64,000 nt of DNA from Carcharhinus longimanus (lineage: Eukaryota): assembly GCA_030264375.1 (NCBI GenBank), contig JASCQW010000190.1, positions 41,098,672-41,162,671 of the forward strand, in the 5' to 3' direction. A model generated the notes under the pieces. It saw nothing but the letters and a program-made list of their open reading frames with translations, did not search any database and had not been told where the DNA came from. The position numbers and the translations under genes are program-made. Of this stretch, positions 36,062 to 49,399 are shown piece after piece; position 1 is the first letter of the stretch; every line of letters starts with the position of its first letter.

Positions 36062-36431
36062 TGATGGTCTAGTAGTCTTATTGCTAGGCTATTAATCCAA
36101 AACCTCAGCTAATGTTCTGGGGATCCGGGTTTGAATCCTGTCACGGCAGATGGCAGAATTTGAATTCAATAAAACATATCTGGAATTAAGGATTTACTGA
36201 AGACCATGAAACCATTGCCAGAAAAACCCATCTGGTTCACTTTAAGGAGGGAAATCTGTCGTCCTTACCTGGCTTGGCCTGCATGTGACTCCAGAGCCAC
36301 AGCAATGTGGTTGACTCTCAACTACCCTCTGAAATGGCCCAGCAAGTCACTCAGTTAAAGGGCAACCATGGATGGAAAATAAATGCTGACTAGCCAGCAA
36401 CACCCATGGCCCACAAATGAATAAAATAAAA
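36062..36431 (+). mobile_element. tRNA-derived SINE, same family as 17543-17962
   Basis: Colinear similarity including GGGTTTGAATCC B-box and AATAAATGCTG...ATGAATAAAA tail. Confidence 0.8.
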
Positions 36432-38684
36432 TCTTTCAATCTGGTTTGATTTTTCTCCTTTCTCCTGTTTTCTGTTTTTCTTCTAATTTCTTAATTAACT
36501 TATTCACTTTATGCTCTCTCTCATTTGATATCTTTATCTTGTCCTATTCTAAGCTCCAGGATCGCTCAGATAAACCAATATTAAATTATACGATTCCCTG
36601 AAGCTATCCGTGTTAGAAAGATGGAAGCGTCTACTTCTCTGAAACCACTCCAGCATGCCTCACAGTGTGAGCTTCCAGCTTTTGTGCTCGCAGCGCGGAA
36701 CCATCAATGGGAGTCTCACATATGCAATGTGGCAAAAGCACGGAGTATATGTTAATCCCCCGGAACCCCTACACTTGCCTCTGCTTGCCAGAGCCATCAG
36801 CAAATGCAGTCTAGTGGCTTGAGAAGTTGGCAAAGTGAGAGGTTTCGCAGATTCATCCAATAAAAACACTGAGTAGCTAAGGGAGCAATAGCAAATTGAT
36901 TGGAACGATGACATTTACAAATTTCCCCAGGCCTACTGCAGAGCTCCCCCAGAAAGTCAATAATAGCATATGTAATTACCCCCCCCACCACCTCTAAGAA
37001 CCTTCTGTGCAATTTAAGGTGACACCATAAGCCTGATATATTTTGTAATAGCTGTTAAACTAAATAAGCGAAATGCATATAATTTGCTGACTACCTATTC
37101 TGGAATACCCACTGGAGCTCATTTAATAGTTAACCTGTAATTGGATCTAAAAAGGACCCATTCAAAATGTACTTGGACACATTACACTCTGCACATCCTG
37201 GAGGGGATGTGGTGAAACGCTACTACATACATTCTGTCAATTCNNNNNNNNNNCAAGGTGGGTGACATAGTTGGCGAAGTTGTTCCCACAGAATCAGCCA
37301 CATGTACAACCAAACCTTTCTCTTGGGATGCCACTTAGTAGTTACAGCTGAAGTTGTTGAAATTAATACGGCATATGGTTCAACTTTTTAATAATTTACT
37401 TTGGAAACGAGCCCAGATTTTCCTTCCCCCATTTTCCATTCACTCCCCACTCCTACCAAACAAAAAAAAAAATCCTCTGGCTTAAAAGTAGGAAAAACAT
37501 AACAGCCTCCAGGAAAGAAACAAAATGTGCATTCGAACTGCAGCTGAGTCTCTGTGTTTTGGGAATGTGAGCCGTTTTCCTAGAATGATCCCGAGTGAAT
37601 AAGGGAAGAATCCTGATATTACATTTTTCACTAGTTAGTGCGCACTGATCTTGACAATGTCTTTAAACTTCCATAAATTAAGTGATACAAATTGCCAGTT
37701 GGAATTGAAATCAAATAGTTCTGTTGGATGATATTAGTTCCCTAAATTACCTTGTAAGTTACCTTGAAATTACACAGAATAAAATACCAATTGTTCTCCT
37801 CAAAAGTTGACTTCAATAATTTAACTAAAACACTTATCTACTGTACACTGTGTCAGTCCTGTGATAATTGGCTGGTATCATTTTTTTTTTCTAGATTGAA
37901 ATGATTTGATAGCCTTTAATATTTGGATTTCTGTAATGAGAGTTCAGCATCATGAAATGGAAAGGGAATTTTCCTAAAATGCGGATTATGGATACAGCAA
38001 GATATTTTAAATGGGAAATATTTGAAAGTCGGATAGCTACTGATTTCGGTCACAGTATCGAATTATATGCCACTTTATATTTCTGCAACACGTTATAAGT
38101 ATGCACGTTTTCAGTGACTAGATTCTAATTCAACTCTGTGTGAAGCCAGAATTTAAAAAGTGCTCAGATTGCCTCAAAATACTACTGCTTGGAAATTCTG
38201 TGAGCTTTCTTAGGTGGGAAACCAGGAGATCATGGAAAATTGCATAAATAGCTACAAATGGGATCATAGGCCATTTCTATGGGATTTTCCTTGGTCTCCT
38301 GCCACTGGGAGAAACCCGTGGAATACAGGGACTATAAACCATAGCAAAAATAGCCCCAATCCTTCAAGTTTATCGCCACATACCTGGCAATCACTGAGTA
38401 AATCTGTATTGTACATTCCCTGATGCATCTCAATATTTTCCCTATATGTAAAGTGGAGATTAATGCTGCACTCAGTTCTCTGACATCTTTTTTAAAGGCT
38501 TGTAATAACTTCTTAGCTTTTATATTCCAAGATTGAAAAATAAAACTAATTGAATTTTCAGCTTTATGTTCTTATAAACGAGAGATGTCGTCTCTTATAT
38601 CTGATGAGCCAGTATTTCTAAATCTCTCAGTTCTTCCACAGCACCGACTGTACTTACATTCAGAGAACCATTACTCTCAGCCAT

Positions 38685-38960
38685 CAGAGGCCAACCATCC
38701 ACCTCTACCATCAACCTGTTACCAGGAACCAACCATCCTCTATCACCAACCAATTACCAGATGCCACCCATCCACCCTACCATCAGTTTGCTATTAACAG
38801 GCACACATCCACCACCTCTGGCAACCACCAAACAGATGCCATCCAGCCACCATCTGCCACTGATCGCTAGGAATGACTCAAAACCAGACGCCACACCAGT
38901 GGATAGCCTAACTCTTGCCGACCATCAGACACCAACAATTAACCAGTCATCTCCAGCAGG
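38685..38960. repeat. Degenerate C/A-rich tandem repeat
   Basis: Recurring CCATCCACC(T/C)CTACCATCA / CAGATGCCA motifs at roughly 40-bp spacing. Confidence 0.45.
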
Positions 38961-39844
38961 ACGGCAGGAGCTGAGAGTAAGTGACTCAGGTGCCGTGGAT
39001 CCCAGGAACAATGGTTCAGATTTGAAGGAAGGGAATAACTGCCAGAATTAGATGAGACAGGAGAAAGAATTTGCAGATTTGGGAGCCAGAGGGAAAGAAG
39101 CTGGCTTCAATAGTTAAGTTCCTGAGTTGTACAGAGGTGTTGTGGGAGCAGAAGAACTAATATTTCCATAGCGTAGCAACAATACTCTCTTTTCCTCTGT
39201 CAATTCTGGCAGCAAATGGTGCCCTTTCCAATCAAGAAAGTGATCTAGGCAAATGTATGCTGGCAGTCAACACGACCAAATAAGCAAAACACATGCTTAC
39301 CTCCAAAAATTTAAAGTGGGCATATGGTGTAGGAAAAACATATCCCCTTGATAATATTCTTGGACTGGAGCATATTGAACTGATTGCAGTTGACAATAGT
39401 GGAATGGGAGCCGTAGACTGTTTTTATGCAAATTGAGGCAAGAGATTCAAGATTAATTAGGTAGACATTTCATTCATACTGATGATAGAATGAAACTTTC
39501 CTACCTTATTAACATATTTCAGAAGTAAACATAATTTGCAGTCCCACCCTGGATTCAATGATAATGATATAAAAAAAACTTTACTTTTGTCTTGAACGTG
39601 GTCTAAAACTACTGGATGATTTTGTCTGGGTTTTGTTAACAGATTATTGCTTCTTCTGTGAAAACAGTGATTTCACTGACTCACTTTATTGGGTGGGATT
39701 GGAGCAAAAAATGGGTTAATTACAATCTTACACCCAATTTTGCTTTCAATTATTGCAACATATTCGAACAAAATTCTTTAAAAATCTGAAATCCATAATT
39801 CACTGCATTATTCATTGCCCAGCTAAAATAAAACGTGTGATTTC

Positions 39845-40934
39845 CACCAACGGGTAAAAGGAGGCATTAGATAAAATGCAGCTAACATATAACAGCAAAA
39901 TAAAACAAAGGGTTGGGTATACACATGTCAGTTTTATCTTTAGAATCTCTGGGAGGAATTTTCTAATTTTGTTTTGAACTGTTGTCCCAGACGGATAAAG
40001 AGAAGGGCAGGGCTGCTGGCTACCTTGATAGCTTTTTCTGTCGTATTTTTAAACATATCAAGAATAAAAATGGAAGGGGAAGGGTTCCATAATGTCATGC
40101 TGGCGGGCCAAGCTCTTATAAAAACAGGATAGGTCACATACCAACTGACAGGCCACATACCAATCGACAGGCCACATAGCAACTGACTTGATCATGTGCC
40201 AACTGACAGGTCAAGTACCAACTGACTAGGTTTCCTACCAACCGACAAGGTTACATACCAACCAACAGGTCCCGTACTAACAGACTAGGTCATGTACCAA
40301 CTGGCAGGTCACATACCAATTGACTAGGTTGCATACCAACTGACAAGATCACATACCAACCAACAGGTCACGTACCAACAGACTAGGTCATGTATCAACT
40401 CACAGGTCATGTACCCAACTGACTAGGTCATGTACCAACTGACTAGATTACATACCAACTGATGAGGTCACGTACCAACTGACTCCAGAGTAACTTCTTC
40501 CCTGCTTCTATCAGACTTTTGAATGGACCAACTTCATATTAAGTTGATTTTTCCTTACACCCTAGCTATGACTGTAAGACCATATTCTGCACCCTCTCCT
40601 TCCCTTCTCTATGTACAGTAGGTTTTGTTTGTGTAGCGTGCAAGAAACAATACTTTTCACTGTATGCTAATGCACATGACAATAATAAATCAAATTAAAA
40701 TCAATTACCCTCCTGCCACAGACACGGATATCCCCTTTCACTTCCCCCCACCCCAAGGCAAGATAGCCAGCAGCGCTGCCCTTCTCTTTACCTGTTTGAG
40801 ACAACACTTCAAAAAAAATTGGAAAATTCCTCCCAAAGATTCTAAAGATAAAACTGACATGTGTGTACCCAACCCTTTGTTTTATTTTATATGTTAGCTG
40901 CATTTTGTCTAATGTCTCCTCTTACCTGTCAGTG
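39845..40934. mobile_element. Foldback-type non-autonomous DNA element with ~180-bp inverted arms
   Basis: 39845-40027 is the reverse complement of 40759-40934 (e.g. GGGTTGGGTATACACATGTCAGTTTTATCTTTAGAATC vs GATTCTAAAGATAAAACTGACATGTGTGTACCCAACCC); termini CAC...GTG. Confidence 0.8.
40131..40484. repeat. Minisatellite, 18 units of ~19-20 bp, consensus AGGTCAYRTACCAACTGAC(T)
   Basis: Units counted directly from the sequence; no unique spacers. Confidence 0.9.
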
Positions 40935-42782
40935 TAGAGAACTCTCCCTCACTCGGCACTGCCCAGGCATTGCCCCCTGGCACTGCTCTGGTACTACCAT
41001 CTCTGACAGGAGACAGTGCTAAGGTACCACACAGGCATGACCCTCTTCCTCCTCCCCTCTGTCTGCCTCTGGCAAGTTCTGTTGTCCAGGTGGACATCGT
41101 GGGGGACCCATCATGGTTCATACCAACATGGACAGTCTGATGGGCTGATGGGGGGGGGGGGGAATGCAATTGTGCCTGATACGCTTTAGTCAAACGGGGA
41201 CCCCAACACATTTGTTGGAGGGTTGGGGGGAGAGGAAAACAAGGGAATAATCCCTCCAGAGTAAAAGCCGCTTTGGGCGTCCCACCTGATTCTCTCCACC
41301 CCTTCCATCTTTTCTACCACCGCACCACCGCCCACCCCCCCTCCCGAAAACAGGGTTGGAAAATACACCCCTCTGTTTTTCAAAGTTATTTCCAGATTTT
41401 TCTCTCGCTTGCCAAAATGTTGTCACTTTGAAAACAGAGTTCCATAGTCAAATTGCGGGGCAGGAAAACCATTGCAGTGAACTGGAGATCTTCAGTTGGA
41501 ATTCTGGGCAGGAGTTTCCAGTCACGCTCTGCCCAAAACTGGAAAATCCTGCCTGAGGACAACAGAGGGGCGCATGGTCCCCCTCCCAGTCCTGCTACGA
41601 TTCCCGTGGCAGGCAGGATGGGAAAATTCTATTATGTCCCACCAGCAGAACTAGACTTTTATTTGGGAGGAGATATTATTTTATTTTACATATCTGAACC
41701 ACAGGACCAACCATTTGAGAGGATCTGTGACTCAGAGAAGACATCAGTGACTAAAATTTGGGAGGTGAAGGGGGCGGGGAGAGGGAGTGGAGGTGGGGAT
41801 TAGTGATTTTTACTGGACTTTGCTCCTAGCAAACGGCAACAGATTGATAGGTTTCTTGTAGGATTATAACATTCACAAGGCTGCCATTAGCTCCCAGGCA
41901 GGAATTTGTAACCTTCTGTTCCATGGTGTATTGGTGATGCTTAGATGCAAAGAACAGTGGCAGATGGAGCAAGAAAATTCTGCTCTGTTGTGAATTGGAA
42001 TAGAAGGGATGAGATAAATCTTTTTGCACAGGAGAACATTTAAAGACAACTGGACTGTCTTCTCCTGAGGAAAGGATGACTATAAAGCTGAGATGCTCAC
42101 CAAAAATGACAAAGGAACTTGGGTGTGATATCCCTTCACTACACACGAAAGATATACAACTGCCTCTCTTCAGTCTGTCATCAAAGAATCATGGATAGAA
42201 ATCTCTACTGGCCTGGCTTGGCATCCGATCAAGAACTCCACAAAACAGAAACAAGGTGAGGACAAGGGTGATTCATGAGCTAACATTAGTTTGATTGAGA
42301 GAGTGAAAAGCTAGATTATTTCAAATTGGGGGACTATCATCTAGAATATTGCCCTGAAATTCCAGGGTGCCATAAAAATGGATAGAATTGTCTGGCACAA
42401 GGGATCCCCAGGACAATGTCTAATGATGGAAAGCACATGAGTGAAAACTTCACATATTTCTAGGTGGGATAAGGATGTAAATCTTGCCAGCTACAAGTAA
42501 GATATGCTATGGGGGGGAGTGGATGTGAAAAGCTGAGGAATGAAATGAAGAGGGCTACAACTTGCCATTCTAAATTACTGTATCGGTATACTGTAAGCAG
42601 GCTGTAATGTAAAGGAATGCACTTGGGAAAAGCAGGAAGAGGGATACGCCACTTATTCTGAAACTAATGTTACAGTTTCATGTCAGAATTTTTAGCTATG
42701 GAGGGGTGCTAACTTTGAAATTGATGATGTTCAAAGGCAGAAATTAGTCTGCCTGAAAGCTTTGGGACTCCTCCCAGCAGAC

Positions 42783-43435
42783 TCACAGTTGATCCAATGT
42801 GGCCATCAGCCCCTCCTGCATTCCTTGGCTCTTTTGCTGTATCTCCAGCAGCTGAGGGAGAAGTGATCTCAGAGGCCCAGCATGTAGCCTGGGACCAGCT
42901 GAGTCCTCACCATCTGCAGGCTCCCACCTGCCTGAGGCCTCGGACATACCCTCCTCCACCCGATGTACATCAGCAGATGTGTTGTGCTTATCAGAGAGTG
43001 ACCCAGGTGCCTCGCCATTAACTTGTCCCACTGATGTGAGAGTCTCTGGGATGGTGAATTGTGTGGTAGAAGCTGACCATCAGCTTCCTTTGAGGAATCT
43101 TCCGGACTNNNNNNNNNNNNNNNNNNNNNNNNNTGGTCACGATGGCAGATGATCCAGGTGTGTCAGAGTCCCTTCCTGCAATACAGGCCACAAAGTTAAA
43201 TGCAAGAGCGGGAGAGTAATCTGGACTGCATGTAATTTACTTGAGATATCTCCAACAAATGGAGAATTGGCAGGCACTTACCTGCATGCTCCAGCGTAAC
43301 TATGCTGTCACTGATGATCTGTATCCCCCTCTGTCTGCAAGCTCCAATGCCTGCTCCTCAGAGGGGGTGAGGACCCAAATCTCAGGTATACCATCTGAGC
43401 TTTGCCCTGTCTCAGAAATTATGAACATTCTTCTC
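42783..43435 (-). pseudogene. Spliced Harbinger ORF2 (Myb/SANT, NAIF1/MYPOP-like) remnant
   Basis: EKNVHN...GIPEIWVLTPSEEQALELA exon (43435-43282), GTAAGT...TTGCAG intron (43281-43176), then low-complexity and coiled-coil LLPQLLEIQQKSQGMQEGLMATLDQL; frameshifts and stops present. Confidence 0.6.
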
Positions 43436-44271
43436 CTGTGGGAAGTCTTTTGCAAGTCCGAATGGTAAAAACTTGTATGTTTTAAATGCACAATGTAACC
43501 TAGTGCACAATGAGAACAGTTGAGCTGTTGTTGAACCAAATGAACATGTTCACTTAGATTTTTGTTTTCTAAAATGTTCTTCTATATTAAATTATTTTAA
43601 AAAGACTTTAATAGGCAGTAAGCAGCACAGCAACACACACTTGTCCCCTGCTACATTGCCACCGGGCCGGATAAAGCCTACCTCTGGCCCCCTCAGACAT
43701 TGTTCCACCCCCACACCGNNNNNNNNNNNNNNNNNNNNNNNNNNNNNNNNNNNNNNNNNNNNNNNNNNNNNNNNNNNNNNNNNNNNNNNNNNNNNNNNNN
43801 NNNNNNNNNNNNNNNNNNCCTCTGGCCCCCTCAGACATTGTTCCACCCCAACAACGTAACTGACCCCCCTTATCCCCCCCTTCCCAATACCCAAACTGAT
43901 CCTGGCCCCTGTCCCCCTTTCCTTCCACCGATTGCATGCAGAATGGCCGTGGACCCCATTCCTCCCCACCGGTCACACACAGAGTGGTAGCGGACCCCTT
44001 TGAGTTTGTAAAATGCTGCCTGAAGCCAACAAAGATTTCCATTCTAGGAACCTCGCCCACCCCGATTCTGGGGTGGATGAGGTGGTAGGGTTTCGGTCGA
44101 TGGGCGCAATCGTATTGGCCATTCATGCCATGCTCTCAGTGCAGCGAGTTCGGAGAATTTGGCACCCAACCAAACCTCCTTTCACTGCAGCAGGATGGAA
44201 AAATCTCACCCGTGCGAGCAGCCGTAACATTCCAGCCAACATGATAATAACTGGATAATCTGCTTCTGTGA

Positions 44272-44535
44272 TAAGTATTGGCCAGAAGACCAGGGATCAG
44301 CCCGTGTTGTTCTTTACAATAACACCACATGTTCTTTTACATTAATCCAAGCAGGTGGATAAGGCCTTGGATCAATGTCTTTTCTAAAGGATGGCACTGC
44401 CAACAGTGTAGTACTCCCTCAGTACTGAACTGGAAAGTCAGCCCTGAACTTTGTGTTTCAAGCCCTGTACTGGGGCTTGAACACAGAACTTGATGATTCA
44501 GAAGTGAGACTGTTACTAACTGACCCATGACTTGA
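44272..44535 (-). mobile_element. Deu-domain SINE (SacSINE1-like)
   Basis: GGCACTGCCAACAGTGTAGTACTCCCTCAGTACTGAACTGG...GGGGCTTGAAC tRNA head/Deu motifs; related to 9255-9619. Confidence 0.7.
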
Positions 44536-45259
44536 TACATATGGGCCTGAATTGTTTGCCCATCAGACACATATGCTCAGTGGCCCAGATTTGGGACTGA
44601 AGCAAGTTCCTGCTGCGATTGGCGCCAAAGCGAATTCACACTGGCTGGCTAATTACCAGCCAGTCAGCATCAAACACACACTGTGGAAAGCTGAGCGCTG
44701 CTGGGGAGGGTGGGGAAAGCAGGCACCAAGAGCAATGTGCTCCCTTAGGGGGACAGTCACTGCAGAATTGTTTCAGGGAGCTGCCAACCCGTGAAAAATA
44801 TCGACAGGGCAGCATGGACAGGTTGGGCCCAATGGTCTATTTCCAAGCTATAAACCTCAATGACTCTATGACTATGACAGAAGGAATAGTGTCCGAGCAG
44901 CACAATCATACACAGACCTCAGCACCCTGACACATTTGATAATTTTATTTGAGTCTTTCATCGTGCCTTGGATGGAGGTTGCAGCTTAAACGTAAAGGTT
45001 GCCTTTCCAATTGACCCGGCTGCCAACAATAAAGGCTCACAGGCAACATAAAATCCCAGTTAATTGGTGCTTAAATCATATATATGGGCTTCTTGATTTT
45101 CTGTGGGCGTGCTTCCAACTTTTGTACATATGCCTTGACTGAACTATCATGCAAATGCGCGATGACATCAGAACACGTGCCCGACATCCTCTTGCACAAC
45201 TTCACACACTTCCAGGTCAAGCGCACGCCCACACCTTGGACATAAATTTTTGGCCAGTA

Positions 45260-46530
45260 TGGCGATATTTTGGAGGATGCTAGAAGGGCAAACAGAGATG
45301 CAGAGGAGTGAGGCTGTGGAGAGATTTGAAAACAAGGATATTGTTAAATCAGTAACTAATGTAGCCCATTGAGTACAGGGGTGAGGGGAAGCAGGACATG
45401 ATGCAAGTAAAGACACAGGCAGCAGAAGTTTAGATAAGGTTCAAGGCTATCGAGAGTAAAATATGGGAGGCTAGTCAGGACTGCGTTGGAATATCTAACT
45501 GTATAGTTGTCAAAGGCATGTATCAGTGTTTTGGTAGAAGATGAGATGAGGCAGGTGCAGAGTTAGGCCACACTATGAAAGTGGAATTAATGACCTCAGA
45601 GATGGCATAGATATGTGGTTGGAAGCTCATCATCGGATCAAATGTCACACCAAATTTGTGAACTATCTGTTTTAACCTCAGGCAACTGCCTGTGAGAGGA
45701 ATGGAGTCCATAGAATCTATAGACTCTCTATTGTGCAGAAGAAGGCATTCAGCCCATTAAGTCTGCACCAAACGCAATCCCACCCAGCCCCTATCCCCAT
45801 AGCCCATCTATTTACCCTGCTAATCTTGCTGACACTAAGGGGCAATTTACCATGTCCAATCAACCAAACCTGCCCATCTGTGGACTGGGTAGGGGGGGAA
45901 ACTGGAGCACCTGGAGGAAACCCATGCAGACGTGGAGAGAACGTGCAAACTTCACACAGTCGCCCAAGCCAGGAATCAAACCCTGATCCTGGCACTGTGA
46001 GGCAGCAGTGCTAACCATTGTATCACTGTGCCGCCCAGTCAGTAATGAGTGAAGACAGCTTATGGCAGGCAGATGAGGACACTGACTTTGGGTAAACAAT
46101 CCGATAATTGAGCAACAGTGCAGAAGTTAAGAGAGGTGGAGGTCAGGTGATGTTAGTGTTTGTGAGAAAACTGAAGCTGTGCTTTCAGATGTTGTCAGCA
46201 AAGGGAAGCAAGTCTCCTGGGTAAGGTTAGCTCAGAGAGACCATGAGGAGAGATAGGAAGGAGAATAGAGAAAGATAGGAGCTTGGAGCTAGAGCCATTG
46301 GGGATTTTGAAGAAGTTTTTCTCTGGTGTTCTAGTGGAAGGGAGGGATGTGTAAGAGGTAGCTGATCCAATGGCCTCAATCGTTGTGACAAAGATGCCTA
46401 GGAACTCCCCACCCATGTTGTTGGAGCTGAAGACGCAAGATACAGGGGAATAAGGTTTAAAAAGATGGAGAAAACAAGCTGGAGATTTTCTTTGCATTCC
46501 AGATGACCTTGGAATAATGAACAGTTTTAA
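45260..46530 (-). mobile_element. Decayed L2-like LINE split by a V-SINE
   Basis: LTGSCLRLKQIVHKFGVTFDPMMSFQPHI (L2 RT C-terminal NLGVIFD..LSF..HI pattern). Confidence 0.7.
45708..46035 (-). mobile_element. HE1-like V-SINE
   Basis: Full head, V-domain and CR1-type tail. Confidence 0.85.
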
Positions 46531-46536
46531 CAGATG

Positions 46537-46960
46537 CCATAGAGTCATAGAAGTTTACAGCATGGAAAAAGGCCCTTCGACCCAACTTTTCTGTGCCATC
46601 CTTTTGTTTACCACGAAGCTAGTTCCAATTGTCCACGTTTGGCCCACATCCCTCGATAGCTATCTTACCCATGTAACTATCTAAATGCTTTTTAAAAGAC
46701 AAAATTGTACCTGCCTGCACTATTACCTCTGGCAGCTTGTTCCAGACACTCACCACCCTCTATGTGAAAAAGTTGCCCCTCCGGACCCTTCTTACCTTAA
46801 ACCTATGTCTAGTTTTAGACTCCCCTACCTTTGGGAAAAGATGCTGACTATCTAGCTGATCTATGCCTCTCATTATTTTATAGACCTCTATAAGATCACC
46901 TCTAAGTCTTCTACGCTCCAGGGAAAAAAGTTTCAGTCTATCCAGCCTCTCCTTGCATCT
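46537..46960 (-). mobile_element. CR1 LINE 3' end, same subfamily as 2417-3093
   Basis: ERLDRLKLFSLERRRLRGDLIEVYKIMRGIDQLDSQHLFPKVGESKTR. Confidence 0.92.
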
Positions 46961-48003
46961 CAAACTGATAACATTTCACATGTCCAGCCTGGTGTGCTAG
47001 TGAATGGCTAAACCAGTTGCTCATCATATCTTTTCAAGTCTGCATGCCTTGGACCATGGATCTTGTACATAAGAGAACTGAGATGAGGGCTGTACCAAGG
47101 AAAGTATGATTTTACTGGGAGCTAAAGTGTCAGAGGTGGAGATGCAGTTGCCGTTGAGGAAATCAAGAATTGCAGAAATGTTGTGCTATATGACTGGACT
47201 GTTGTGAGTTTGAAAGTGTAGCTATAAGTGAGGCAGCTGTGGTGTCAGCATCATTCTATGACATATATCAGAATGAATTCCATATAGCAAAGTTATGGAG
47301 CATACAAATTGGTGCCATATTTTGAGAGATGCTGGATAATGTATACCAAAGGGTGTGCAATGCACTAATCCTTTCTCTAAAACAGCCCATTGACTTGATC
47401 AATGCACATCCCCATCTTGCTTGATAGTTCATTTGTAGCAGTCCTCTCCTGTCTTGCTGGCCCTTGGAAGAAACCTCATGAACACTGAGAGAGATAGTTA
47501 TTCCTCCTCACCCAGTACCCAATCTTATCCTTGCCCTTCCTGTTGAAATTGAGCTGGGGCATTGGGCCGGTGGAGTATAAAAGTATTCTGACAGGTCTCA
47601 GTGTATCAAGAGTTCCCAGCAAGCTGTGCAGATTGTCAAATGATATAACACAATTGGGAAATGGAAACTTTTGTGATTGATGTGAACATGGGGGCTAAAC
47701 CAAGAGGCACACTTTACCATGTAGGCATTCAATAGCATCAGCAATTCAGGAGAGCTTGCAAGAATCTATTGACCTCCTCAGCCATCTCTCTGAAACCACT
47801 GTTACTGCATCACAATCCACACTGACCACATTTATGAGCAGGGTAATTCTAATGGAACCCCAGCAGACGCAGTTCTGATACTAGACTCCTGCTATTCCCG
47901 CACCAAGATACAGCATCAACTCACCCTGGAATCTGAGCGTACATGTATTCAAATTGAGGATGTATTTTAGGAATCAGTCAACATCGACTTTCAAATTGAT
48001 AAT

Positions 48004-48262
48004 TGTCACTAAATCAGTCCAAGATACCTGCAAACTTAAAACAAGCACTGCAGGTTGGCCTATTGGAATATGACCTCCCTGATTAAGGATCCAATTGATG
48101 GGCCAATCAGGGACACTTTGCCTTGCATTTAACCAGGACTGTCAGTTCTTCTGACACCCCCACAGATAGACTGCTAACTGCTAACACTCTGTGTATTGCT
48201 GTTCGAGTTTGTAAATAAAGGGATTTCGATGAAGGAACTTCTGCCTCCAAAGACTTATTACA
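48004..48262 (+). mobile_element. Possible short solo LTR
   Basis: TG...TTATTACA ends, CCAAT box, TGTAAATAAA polyA signal near the 3' end; no TSD seen. Confidence 0.4.
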
Positions 48263-49399
48263 CAGGTCAAAAGCAATCACCTGCAAAAGAAATGAATCCA
48301 CCACATTCTAAGATCAAATCAGAAGACCGTCCCAGCAACTGGATGGCCCCATGTTGAAATGAGCAAGCCCAAACTGATTAAAGCACTCAGTTACATTTCA
48401 CACTCTAATTAGCTGCCTTCTTTATGAACAGAATAGGCACAGGAATAGTAATCATGACCAAAATAGTAGACACTAACACATGCTAGCCCTCACCGAAGCA
48501 TTATATTTTAACACAAAAGTGCATACGTTATCAACCCAATTAACATATTCATGACAAACATGATGAAAGTATTTATTATTTATGTCAGTGGCCTGTTATA
48601 TAATGACTGCACCTTTCCACAAGAGCCCTGGAAATGAACAGTTAATTAACATAAACTCAGTTGTTTACTTTTCCTTCTCCACCACAATTCCATTTATTTA
48701 ATTGCGATAGATTTTCAGGAAGTAATGCAAGAAAACTCAGAATGGAATTTGAAATGATTTGAAGAGTGTTGCGGTAGTCTTTCACTTTCCTGATCCTGTG
48801 GTGGTGGGTTTAGAGGCAATGGGTGAAGGTGCTGATTCATCTTGGATCAGTTCTGTGGATGAAAATGGATCTCTTATATCTTATTGAAGATGGTTCTTTC
48901 CCTGTGAAGTCAGGGGAAATGTAAACTGTTCAGGTTGGATGATGGATGACCTGCTGCTGCCTGCTTTGTGACTGCACCCCACTGTCACTCTTCACCAACT
49001 ACAAGTGCGCAACTGCCCCCCCCCCCACCCTTCCCAAACACATCCCCCTTGCCCACACCTCCCCACGCCACTTAGGTTGAACCCAAGGGAGATTAATTGC
49101 AGAACTCTAGAGGTTAAAATTCACCTGCCCCTGATTTTGGGTAGCTGAAATATGGGGATGATGGTGGGGTGGTCACAATTTACAATCTGCCCAGGCCCAC
49201 TGCTGTTGAGGTAGGTATCACAAATGCTTCAAGTTACCTTCTTGCTTGCCTGATTCTAATGTGCTGCCAAGACAGCTTAGGTGATAAATTTAATGGGGCA
49301 GCATATAGGAGAATAGTGATGCACATTGGATGCCAAATAGCTTCTTGTCAATGTCAGAGAGCATGGAAGAGTCGATCCCCATTGCGTTACAGCTTCACA

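Noticed and set aside
36620-36830. GC-richer segment with short open frames, possible exon
   Set aside because: No recognisable peptide or paired splice sites; more likely an old DNA-transposon remnant.
40131-40484. CRISPR-like regularly spaced repeats
   Set aside because: The units are contiguous with no unique spacers, there are no cas genes, and the context is eukaryotic; it is a minisatellite.
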